From positions 1 to 54,543 of the forward strand of contig CAXXSM010000151.1 in the NCBI GenBank assembly GCA_963663405.2: DNA of 54,543 nt. The letters run 5' to 3'. Position numbers and translations under genes: made by a program. The notes beneath the pieces are model-generated. The model worked only from the letters and a program-made list of their open reading frames with translations. It was not told where the DNA came from and searched no databases. This stretch comes from a bacterium (GTDB lineage Bacteria; Hinthialibacterota; Hinthialibacteria; Hinthialibacterales; Hinthialibacteraceae). This document shows, piece after piece, positions 35,301-43,648 of the stretch; position 1 is the first letter of the stretch; the number at the start of each line of letters is the position of its first letter.

Positions 35301-36327
35301 AATCGATGGGCAGTCCGCCATCGTTCGTTTATATGAAGCGCATGGAGAAGATTCCAATATCTGGCTTGAGTCCAACCGCGAGGTAAAATCGATCAAACCG
35401 GTTCGTCTTCATGAAGGGCCGCTGCCTCATAAAAAAGAAGTGATCCGTGAAGATCAATTCATCCGCACAGTCGCGCGCGCCAATGAGATTGTCACGCTGC
35501 AATTCGAGTTCAAATCAGCGGCTGAAAAAATCCCACCCCTTCCCCAAACGGAACCGGCGCCGCCGGTTCTGGTTCCCGCCCGGTATTGGCGCTACAACAC
35601 CGGCGCGGCGCCGGAAGGCTTCTTCCCGGTGGCGCTTTCTCTACGCGGTCACATCCGGACACATTCCTACTTGGCGGACGCGTCGATTCATCATCTCGAT
35701 CTTGTGATTGTAAACAACTCCCCCCGGCAGGAGCGGGAAGGCGTGGTCGAAATCATCACCCCTTCATTTTGGCGGGCGGTTCCTTCCCGTGTTTCCTACC
35801 GCTTGCAAGGCGGCGCGTTTCAGATTATCCCTTTGCATATCTTATTTGAGGGACCGGAGCGGGAAGGATTTGTAAAGGTCCGGACCACGGTTAACGGCGT
35901 CATAATCGAAGATATTCTTCATCTTGGCCGGGAGCCGGAATTCGATATTTCCATGCGGCTGACAAATGAGGCGTTCAGTATCATTCTGCGCCATGAATAC
36001 CCCTATCCCATTGAAGGATTCTTAAACTTAATTCTTCCCATTGAGTCGTGGCCCGATTCGTTGGTAGGAGAATATTCTCTCGCATCCATTAACCCGGGCA
36101 AACGGGAATTCGATATTCCCCCTGAAGAAGAGGTGGTATTGGATTTCCCCGTTTTCGATCCACAGAGTATTTATGGAGTGGCTTCCGACCGCTTCTGGCT
36201 AGGGATCAAGATCGCCGTTCATCATTGTATCCACTATTTTCACGTACGTATGGATGGACGGCGTTCAGAAGGATTGGGCCGCGTAATCCATCCCCCTTAT
36301 GATTTCTTTGACAAAAAGCCAGAATAA
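32353..36327 (+). CDS. Large glycoside hydrolase family 38 (alpha-mannosidase-like) protein; start uncertain
   Basis: FHVDPVW (HxDxxW), WDAFGH nucleophile motif, FLWQAPDGS, QHHDGVTG, ENEFFRVEV, IVRLYE. Confidence 0.85.
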   Translation: MYRFLVAGAAFMLFSSKRNSIGKLRLKKPTIFCLPGFHVDPVWRRTQAEYIEHSLSLMRQYLLACQADPYYGVYLSEIDYLKPYLDLYPEERAWLIKLIKQERCATGGAYNQPNETSIGGEALIRNLLIGRVYHQTILDDESPVFMNWDAFGHAPQTPQILAQCGIQATILTRTNYRDQTIKIPGVPDLFLWQAPDGSSVYVRRLDYSMPRETPLEVESARRFDTQKYDFPNIIADFTMDAGDMISPRAEILRRCRELADDEPSIVITGAAARKYFAAIDTLRTGRKLILESVTRDLSQYNEGCELTRADLKIANRLVENRLYEAETWSTVAAGYNIPYPSAKIDRAWRQLLFCQHHDGVTGCGSDIVLLDLLDHYREALECATEARRSALTALSQRIDTRSEGKNKPVLLFNSLPWRRKGVVRHTITINDDETFEPFELFGPNGELIPYEVEPVSYKKDGTLSKLTARWVEHDLPAAGYHLNVKKPDVKMDIPFVMEAQSRTWIENEFFRVEVNPERGGGIVSLVEKETGREYINTDHKQPANDLMLLEEGPGDEPAWRLLTTGQRLAASAESAQVRTAEGPITTRLIARGSGPGPCGRVQEIRLYKGLPFIDCVTILEDYKGYGKQVLEADPEQSRDLYVTAFPLNLPGAIPVYEDRFYAKAYRRSRGYMDFKSSFLEWDSGHAMNSCHRWIDISWTFLVRFTSEKNETASLAVGPSEIVISNDNRRALRDRLMKHLARHGVTSTPRYDTDKPKSDWLFRQCSFCIGTIEENTYTKRLLERNPEAREYYKRNMDEIGFVCLAVEDRGGGRNTPVFIFAGNTEALTEQAVDELIQGTIAHQWECHASACFIKQLGKVEKAGFAVFNRGSTLCSLEKDGTLALALMHTSPYASPQTSWPFDFAEQKTHIFQYRLYPHTGDWRQAEITRRAMEYNLEPYALSTTSHEGILQNRQSFWSVEPSNILVSAIKPVGFPEASFQNGAEIDGQSAIVRLYEAHGEDSNIWLESNREVKSIKPVRLHEGPLPHKKEVIREDQFIRTVARANEIVTLQFEFKSAAEKIPPLPQTEPAPPVLVPARYWRYNTGAAPEGFFPVALSLRGHIRTHSYLADASIHHLDLVIVNNSPRQEREGVVEIITPSFWRAVPSRVSYRLQGGAFQIIPLHILFEGPEREGFVKVRTTVNGVIIEDILHLGREPEFDISMRLTNEAFSIILRHEYPYPIEGFLNLILPIESWPDSLVGEYSLASINPGKREFDIPPEEEVVLDFPVFDPQSIYGVASDRFWLGIKIAVHHCIHYFHVRMDGRRSEGLGRVIHPPYDFFDKKPE

Positions 36328-36357
36328 TAGAAATTTTGAATCGTCTAAATTGATGAG

Positions 36358-37668
36358 ATGAATCGACCGTTCAACGCGTATATCTATTTCATTCTTTTTC
36401 TCTCTGTTGTTGGGTTCCCCGGGCCTGTATTTTCTCAAGCGCGGGTGATGTCCGGAATATTGGAGAACCACGAGATCCGGTTGACAACAGAGTTGGTCAA
36501 TGGATCGGAGAGTGTGCCGGCGATTCATTTGACGCCGTATTTTCCCGGGCGTATGCGATTCGACTCACTCACCGGCGCGCTGGCGTTTGAGCGAGTGGAT
36601 GGCGCGCGGATCGGTCTTAAAATCGGGGATGGACGAGTCTATATTGGAAAAGGAAACACCAGCGAGATCCGGAATCCAGGGATTGTCCCCATCCGTAAAA
36701 ATGGCCGTGTTTATATCCCTTTTTACATCGTAGATACGTTTCTATTTCCACAAGTCCGTTTTTCAGAAGCGGCGTCCATCGGAGAAGACGCGCCGCCTTC
36801 GACAGCTGTGACGATGGAAGCCACTCCTACACCACGGCCTCGGATCTTCACGTATCCAACCCCTCCTTCGGACAATCAAATCACGCAGCAGTCGTTTCTG
36901 CCGACACCCACGCCGATTCCTACATTCGCGTTTTTCACAGCCTATCCCTCACCCACACCGGTACTGGATCAACCGCGTCAAACACTGCCAATAAAGATTG
37001 TGCTGGATCCAGGAAATGATTCTATAAATCCCGGCGCGGCGGCGCCGAGTGGGATTCAGGAAGCGGACCTTACATTATCGATTTGTGAAAAACTCGAAAC
37101 AGCGCTGCGCAGGAATTTCGATGTGATCCTCACCCGCCGGAAAAATGACAAAACGCCTCTCAGCAATCAACAACGAATCGCCATCGCCAATGAGTCGAAT
37201 GGAACAATCTTTGTGAGCGTCCATTGCGGGGCGCTTTTTACGAATGATGTTTCACGGGCGGTGGTTTATTTTATGAACGCAATGCTCGACGCGCCTCCCC
37301 CGCCACGGCTCCCGAATGAACCGCCGCAGCCGGCGCATCTGGTTCAATGGCGTTTTGCCTATGAACGAAACATGGCGGAAAGCCTTCGGCTTGCGCGGGC
37401 GATTCACGAACGTCTACGTCCCCTGTACAACATAACAGGAGCGATCAAAATGGACGAGCACGTTCGCCCTGGCCGCCTAGCCATTCTACGTGGTCTCTCG
37501 ATGCCGGGCGTGGTCGTGGAGTTGGGGAATCTGACTCATTCCGCAACCGCCCAATATCTCCAGCGGGAAGGAAGACAGTTGGACATTGCGGAAGAACTCG
37601 CGATCGCGATCGCGGATTTTCTTTATGAAAGGGCCGGGAGTTCCGGGTATAACGCTGCGCGGCGATGA
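36358..37668 (+). CDS. N-acetylmuramoyl-L-alanine amidase (Amidase_3) family, first Zn ligand altered
   Basis: Signal peptide and PT-rich linker; LDPGN(D), E.DL, LTR, R..IAN, FVSVH, VVELG. Confidence 0.8.
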   Translation: MNRPFNAYIYFILFLSVVGFPGPVFSQARVMSGILENHEIRLTTELVNGSESVPAIHLTPYFPGRMRFDSLTGALAFERVDGARIGLKIGDGRVYIGKGNTSEIRNPGIVPIRKNGRVYIPFYIVDTFLFPQVRFSEAASIGEDAPPSTAVTMEATPTPRPRIFTYPTPPSDNQITQQSFLPTPTPIPTFAFFTAYPSPTPVLDQPRQTLPIKIVLDPGNDSINPGAAAPSGIQEADLTLSICEKLETALRRNFDVILTRRKNDKTPLSNQQRIAIANESNGTIFVSVHCGALFTNDVSRAVVYFMNAMLDAPPPPRLPNEPPQPAHLVQWRFAYERNMAESLRLARAIHERLRPLYNITGAIKMDEHVRPGRLAILRGLSMPGVVVELGNLTHSATAQYLQREGRQLDIAEELAIAIADFLYERAGSSGYNAARR

Positions 37669-37713
37669 ACTGATTGGAGCGTGTTTTCCACCCTGTATCC
37701 TGGCGCTGAATGA

Positions 37714-38325
37714 ATGGATTATCGTACTGTATTAATTTTATTATTAGCCGTTCTTCTGGTTTGCAGCCTAAGCGCTTTGGCTTGGTTCTATTGGCAGACC
37801 CATGGAGATTCATTGTCTTTGCCGCCGCTCGATCAACCCGATTCTTCGAATTCTGAAGCAATGACTGCTGATGAAGACGCATTCATCAATGTCTATTTCC
37901 TGACCGAAGATCACAGTCAGTTACAAGCGGAAAAACGCTTGGCGCCGATTCTTGATTCGATAACGGACCGGGTGCGCCGGGCGATTACGGAATTGTTACG
38001 GGGACCGCTTGCGTCCAATCTGATTTCGCCGATTCCGCCGGGAACCGAATTAGAAAATGTTTTCTGGAGCCAGTCGGATGGAACGGTGTATCTCAGTTTT
38101 ACCGAAGATTTATTAAAAAATGCGCCCGGTCACGCGCTGAGTGAATGGGCGATAATCTATTCCATCGTCAACACCGTCACGGATCGATCCCCCGCGATCA
38201 AACAAGTACAATTTCTCATCGAAGGGGAAGTCATCCAGAATCCCTACACCATATGGGATTGGACGTATCCCTTCCAACAACCGGACCGGGTGTTTAACCG
38301 GGAGGGATTGGCGGAGGGATCATGA
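37714..38325 (+). CDS. GerMN domain protein
   Basis: N-terminal TM; VYF, ELLRGP..L.SPIPPGT, YSIVNTV, VQFLIEG. Confidence 0.85.
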   Translation: MDYRTVLILLLAVLLVCSLSALAWFYWQTHGDSLSLPPLDQPDSSNSEAMTADEDAFINVYFLTEDHSQLQAEKRLAPILDSITDRVRRAITELLRGPLASNLISPIPPGTELENVFWSQSDGTVYLSFTEDLLKNAPGHALSEWAIIYSIVNTVTDRSPAIKQVQFLIEGEVIQNPYTIWDWTYPFQQPDRVFNREGLAEGS

Positions 38326-38447
38326 GGGGAGGAATATGAGATCTAGAATCAGTGTCGTAATATCTCCTTACGTCTATATTAAAACGTGAACTTATAAACG
38401 TTTGCTTGATTCTATATAGATAGATACCGTTGAGAGAATTTCCTCCA

Positions 38448-39384
38448 TTACGAGTTTTCCGTTTCCTCGCAGAATACTTGCCATTCTCTTCGGAAAAAAG
38501 ATTGGCAACAAATCACAAAATCTTGTCCAACAAACTTTTTACTTGTAAGTAACTTCCACTGATTCTTTACACGATGAGCTCCTACAATATAGTAATTTTT
38601 AGGTATCTTGTGTTGTTGTTTAAATATTGGAGCTAGGATAGGATGCTCGCTCAAGCCTTTACGATTGCCTTGGGGATTGGCCAGGAACAAAGTTTTTTCC
38701 CGATATGGTTCTTCTAACATAGTTTTAATTTCCCATTCAACACCTTTTGTTTCATCTGCGACTAGAACGATCGCCATTGCGCGATCGGCAATTTCATACA
38801 CCGTTTGTTTCCACATATCATCCTCAACATACAATCGAGCTGCGCCGAAAGGCATTTTATCTTCGTCTCCGGGTCGCCCGATTGCAACGACTGGAGCGAT
38901 TTCAGTAAACCGTTCGACCAGTTCATGATCGAGACGCCACTTGTTCGGTTCTGCGAGCCAATATTTTAAATTGAAGGGTGAAGCAGGCAGTGTCACTTGG
39001 TCATCACGAAAACTTCGTAAAAATAATATGGGATCTCGTTTATCCGTTATGACGATTTTTTCATAAGACGCTCGAACCAGCCATTTTGAATAATCTTTAA
39101 TCCGTATGGATGCTTTTACAAGTAAGAAAGTCAATGCAGCAAGTAAAACATGTATTACGAAAGGCTGCCACCAACTCAAATCGCTGATCTTATTTGTTGC
39201 TGACGTTCGAAAAAGAAATTCAATCCCTTTGGTGATACAAAAGTAAATCTCCCGGTATATCCCCAAACAAAACACATAATACAACATAAATAATGCGCCG
39301 AAATTAAACATAGTGAATACTAGACTTACTCCATGGATGGCTTTTGACAAAAAGAGCATCCCAGCGACGTATGTTGACATGAAG
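38448..39384 (-). pseudogene. 3' part of the IS-interrupted Sel1 gene: TM helices plus a TIR/NDT-like alpha/beta domain
   Basis: The ORF begins inside the left TSD of IS copy 2. Hydrophobic segments are followed by PILFLRSFRDD..VVAIGRP..GAARLY..W..V..A.AIVLV..TKGVEWEI. Confidence 0.65.
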
Positions 39385-39433
39385 CTATGAACACAATGAA
39401 CCGTTGGATTTCTATAAGGGTTTGTAAATTAAA

Positions 39434-39934
39434 GGTTCATCCGGAAATTGGGCACATCGATTGAATTTTTAATAAAAAGTGTAATCGAAAGCCCTATGGA
39501 TCGTGACGTGTCTGTGGACAAATCTATCGATATTGCCCACAGCCACTTGGATAACGATAAAGCCGTTATCCACACGCTCCACAGTTATACGGATAATACC
39601 AATTCTATTTTTTTCTTTGTTAATAACTGATTGAATATTCTATACTTAAGAATCTTGAAAAACTTGCTAAGATTTAAAGAAATCCTTGTATTGATCATTT
39701 TAAAAAACAGATTGCAAAACACCCAATAATCAATATTCCGATAGTCTATTCAAAGATTAGATAATCATAGAATAAGATACACAAATATTTGACAGATTAC
39801 TTTTGACATTTAACAGATCACGGAGTATCGATGCTTTTTTCCTAGGAAATTTGAGGTATCACAATGATAAAACTTACAAAAAATGGTGAAATTTCCTAAG
39901 AAAAAACGCAATGCGCCCAATTTCCGGATGAGCC
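39434..39934. mobile_element. 501-bp non-coding MITE inserted near the left end of IS copy 2
   Basis: 24-bp TIRs GGTTCATCCGGAAATTGGGCACAT / rc GGCTCATCCGGAAATTGGGCGCAT. 8-bp TSD AAATTAAA at 39426-39433 and 39935-39942. Copy 1 shows the empty site with a single AAATTAAA. Confidence 0.95.
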
Positions 39935-40126
39935 AAATTAAATAGTTGCGGCAGCGAATTTCCTTGTAATCAAGTATAGGTTTCAAAAATTTTCGTTTTC
40001 GTTCTGTCAAAATCCCAATAAATTCAATATCTTCCCCAAAAAAAGGCTATTTTATACGCGCATAAAATGATAAAGTATAAGTATTAGATAACCATAAAAA
40101 CAGATACTTTATCGAACCGGTGAAAA

Positions 40127-40801
40127 ATGACTCCCAACCAACACACGATCGAAGATAAAACCCTTCAAGTTTTTCGGAAGAAAAAAGTATTGAGAATCGG
40201 CCAACTCGCCCGGCTTCTCGAACGGTCTATCCCGACTGCGCGCCGGCGGCTGAAAGAGTGGAAAACCTATACGAGTTATAATCACAACGGACAATATTAT
40301 GTGCTGCCTGACGTGCCCAAGTTTGACGCCAATGGATTATGGCAGTACGACTCGATCCGCTTCTCTCAACATGGCACGCTGAAAGAGACGGTGATCCATC
40401 TTGTGAAGAATTCGGACAGGGGGCTTTTCGCTCAAGAGATCGGCCGTCTTGTGGGGTTGGCGCCGCATTCATTCTTGTCTCATTTTCGAGGCGCGTCCGG
40501 CTTACAACGAGAACGGTTCAACGGACGATGGATTTATTTTTCCTCGGAGGAGACGATCTTGAACGTACAAAAACGGGAAAGAGAACGGTGGGCGCAAACC
40601 CAATCCACTTCGCTCCTCACAGATGCGGAAGCCGTTCAACTCCTGGTGGAAAGGATTCGACATCCCCACCTCAGTTTAGACGATCTGAGCCAGGCGCTTC
40701 ATACCAAGGGGATGGCCATCTCGTCCGAATCGATTCGCCGTTTTCTCGGCCAGCACGGCCTACTAAAAAAAACAACGGATACGCTCTCGTTCGACACCTG
40801 A
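40127..40801 (+). CDS. IS OrfA (copy 2)
   Basis: Protein identical to 13776-14450. Confidence 0.8.
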   Translation: MTPNQHTIEDKTLQVFRKKKVLRIGQLARLLERSIPTARRRLKEWKTYTSYNHNGQYYVLPDVPKFDANGLWQYDSIRFSQHGTLKETVIHLVKNSDRGLFAQEIGRLVGLAPHSFLSHFRGASGLQRERFNGRWIYFSSEETILNVQKRERERWAQTQSTSLLTDAEAVQLLVERIRHPHLSLDDLSQALHTKGMAISSESIRRFLGQHGLLKKTTDTLSFDT

Positions 40802-42576
40802 GAACATATAAGAATCAATTGCTGACCAACCTTTCGGCCGCCACGTGTTTCCCGTCTCCTCCCACCCTTGTGTTTCGGCCGTCTCATCGCGTTTGTTCTT
40901 GCGGCGCGAAACTGAAAGTGCAAAAAACACACAGGAGGACTCTTGTCACCTTGGATATTGGCGAATGGCACGCGAAAGAAATCCTTTACTATTGCGATGG
41001 CTGCGGCGATCCAACGATCCATTCTTCGGAAGAGTTACAAACGCTGGCGCCCCCTCGATGTAAGTTCGGCTATGATATTTTGGTCGATGTAGGAACCGCG
41101 TGGTTTCTCCGGCGCCGGAGTGAAACCAGTATTCAAGAAGAACTCGCCCGGAAACACATCCGGATTTCCAAGAGCGAAATCGAGTATCTCGCCCAAAAAT
41201 TTATCATTTATCTGGCCGTTGTCCATCGAGAAAACGGTTCCAAAATCAAAGAAGATATGGCGTTGCGGGGAGGCTATATTCTCCAATTGGATGGAACGTG
41301 TGAAGGGGAAAGCCCTCATTTAATGAGTGTCTTGGATGGCCTTTCCGAAATTGTTTTGGACAACGTAAAAATTCCCTCGGAAAACGCGGAACAAATCATT
41401 CCGTTTCTCTCCCGGATTAAAGAGACGTACGGTCTCCCTCAAGCGTTGGTGAGTGATATGGGAAAAGGGATTGGATTGGCCATCCAAAAAGTGTTCCCGC
41501 TCGTCCCTGCTTTCCTCTGTCATTTCCATTTTTTGCGCGATCTCGGAAACGATCTGTTCGGAATCGAAAACGATATTATTCGGACTCATTTGAAGAAGTA
41601 CGGCCTGCAAAGTTTGTTGGGTAAATTGGTGAAAGAACTGAAGCCAATTATGAAGGCCGATCCAACCGGCATTGATTCCCTCGTCACGTGTATCGAAAGC
41701 CAAAACGGGGACGAAGAAACGGCGCCGGAATTCCTGCCCGCTGTCTATGCGTTAATTCTCTGGGGATTGGGCGCCAAACACCAAGGAGACGGCTTGGGAT
41801 TTCCGTTCGATCGCCCCCATCTTGTTTTTTATCAACGGCTGGCCATCCTGCGCTCTTACCTTCACAAAAATTCAGCCGGCTCCACCCATTGACCGTCCAT
41901 TGTATCAACAACTCATTTGTACATTGCAGAAGGTCATGGACGATCCGATTCTCCACTATACCGCCTCCCAAATGCAGCAAAAGGTTCTTGTGTTCGATCG
42001 GCTGCGGAGAGCCATGCGCATCACTCTCCCCGGGAAGAAACAAGGCCTCAATGATGAGGGAGAAGATACCGATATCCGGACCATCGAAAAGGGGGTGACT
42101 GAGTTCCGCGAATGGCTCTGCGGTGATCCCACTCTTTCAGCGGATGCCGATGTACAAAAGATGATCGCGCAACTCGATAAATATTGGGAGAAACTCTTTG
42201 CCGATCCCATTGTGGTTGATACGCCGAATGGGAAAGTCACCATCCAACCGCAAAGGACAAACAATCTGCTGGAACGCTTCTTTCGGAATTTAAAACACAG
42301 CCATTGCAAAAAAACGGGAACGAGTTCGATGAAGAAGGTGTTAACGACTATGCTTCCGGATACGCCTCTCGTGAAAAACCTTGAAAATCGACACTATATG
42401 GAGATGATCTTGAAGGGAAGAGCCAGCCGGGAAGAACGATTTGCTGAAATTGATTCGAACACCATTCGCGAAGAAATGAAAAAAGCCAAGATTCAGAACG
42501 AAGGAATTCCACGAAAATTAAAAAAATCATCACCAAACACGATTTCCCTGAAATCTTGGTGAAGTGCTTTTCATAA
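40765..42576 (+). pseudogene. IS OrfB transposase (copy 2), two frameshifts
   Basis: Matches 14414-16225 except for indels near 41856 and 42520 and a few substitutions. Confidence 0.85.
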
Positions 42577-42616
42577 AGACGAAATTCTTAAATCCAACCG
42601 TTTGTTGGGGTCATAG

Positions 42617-43483
42617 ATATGAAGTATCTTCTGAGAGAATAATTGGCTTAGTTTTATCTTTCGACGCAGCAAAAATAAATCCAGCAATGATTGTTACTAC
42701 AATTAAGTGTTCGGTATTGTTCAATGTGATTATACAAGCTGTAATATATACTAAAATCCATAGTAATCTACTTAATGGTGAAATTGATCTCTTTTGAGAT
42801 TCAAAAATAATCTTGGCTTTGAGTGGATTTTGCTCTACACCGATGCCATTCTTATAACAACGTCCTAAATTCTTTTGAGCTCTAGCATTCCCTTGATCAG
42901 CGGCTTTTTGGTATAATTCAACAGCTTTGGACGGATCTTTTTTTACACCGATGCCTTTCTCATAACAACGACCCAAAACATTTTGAAAATCAGCATTTCC
43001 TTGTTCGGTCGATCTTTCCCACAATTCAACAGCCTTTTTTTTATTTTTCTTTACCCCGTAGCCATTATAATAAGCTAATCCCAAGTTATATTGAGCACTA
43101 TCAAGGCCCTGTTCGGCCAATCTTTCCCACAATGCAACAGCCTTTTTTTAATTTTTCTTTACTCCATGACCATTATAATATGCAATACCCAAGTTATTTT
43201 GAGCTCTATCGAGTCCTTGTTCGGCCGATTCTCTCCATAATGCAACAGCCTTTTTTTTATTTTTCTTTACTCCGTGACCATAATAATATACAAGTCCCAA
43301 ATTATTTTGACCTTTAGCATTCCCTAGTTTGGTAGATTTTTGGAACCACGCAATCGCGTTGTCATAATTTTTCTCAACTTTTTTACCTTCATAATAGATT
43401 TTACCTAACTCAAATTGTGCCTCAGAATCCCCTTTTTCAGCCCGTAATTGTAAATCATGGATTTCATTTTCTACTAATTCCAT
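42617..43483 (-). pseudogene. 5' part of a Sel1-repeat membrane protein (6 SLR repeats plus 2 TMs), with an internal stop and IS truncation
   Basis: 36-aa A(Q)xxLGxxYxxGxGVxK repeats. In-frame TAA at 43148-43150 where the neighbouring repeats have AAA. GGAGGGGG upstream of the ATG; no signal peptide. Confidence 0.85.
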
Positions 43484-43648
43484 TTACATCCCCCCTCCCC
43501 CTTGATCGTTATATAATATACAATTTGATTAAAAATTCTTCTTGAACAAGATTCACTAATCGATTAAATATTTTTTCAAATTGTTGCTTTATTCGAATAT
43601 ACAATCAAACTTAAAGGTAAACAGTAAGCCAAAGTGATATTCCGAAAA

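Larger units (their letters stand above)
39385..42616 (+). mobile_element. Insertion sequence, copy 2 (degenerate, carries a nested MITE)
   Basis: Same TIRs as copy 1 apart from one base in the left end. TSD ACATGAAG (39377-39384) / ATATGAAG (42617-42624). Extra T near 41856 and one A missing near 42520 relative to copy 1. Confidence 0.95.

Noticed and set aside
13543-42616. Composite transposon bounded by the two same-orientation IS copies
   Set aside because: Each copy has its own distinct TSD, indicating independent insertions, and the interval contains core genes (ruvB, pdxA, rex).
43020-43320. 108-bp DNA tandem repeats as a non-coding array
   Set aside because: Fully explained by 36-aa Sel1 protein repeats.
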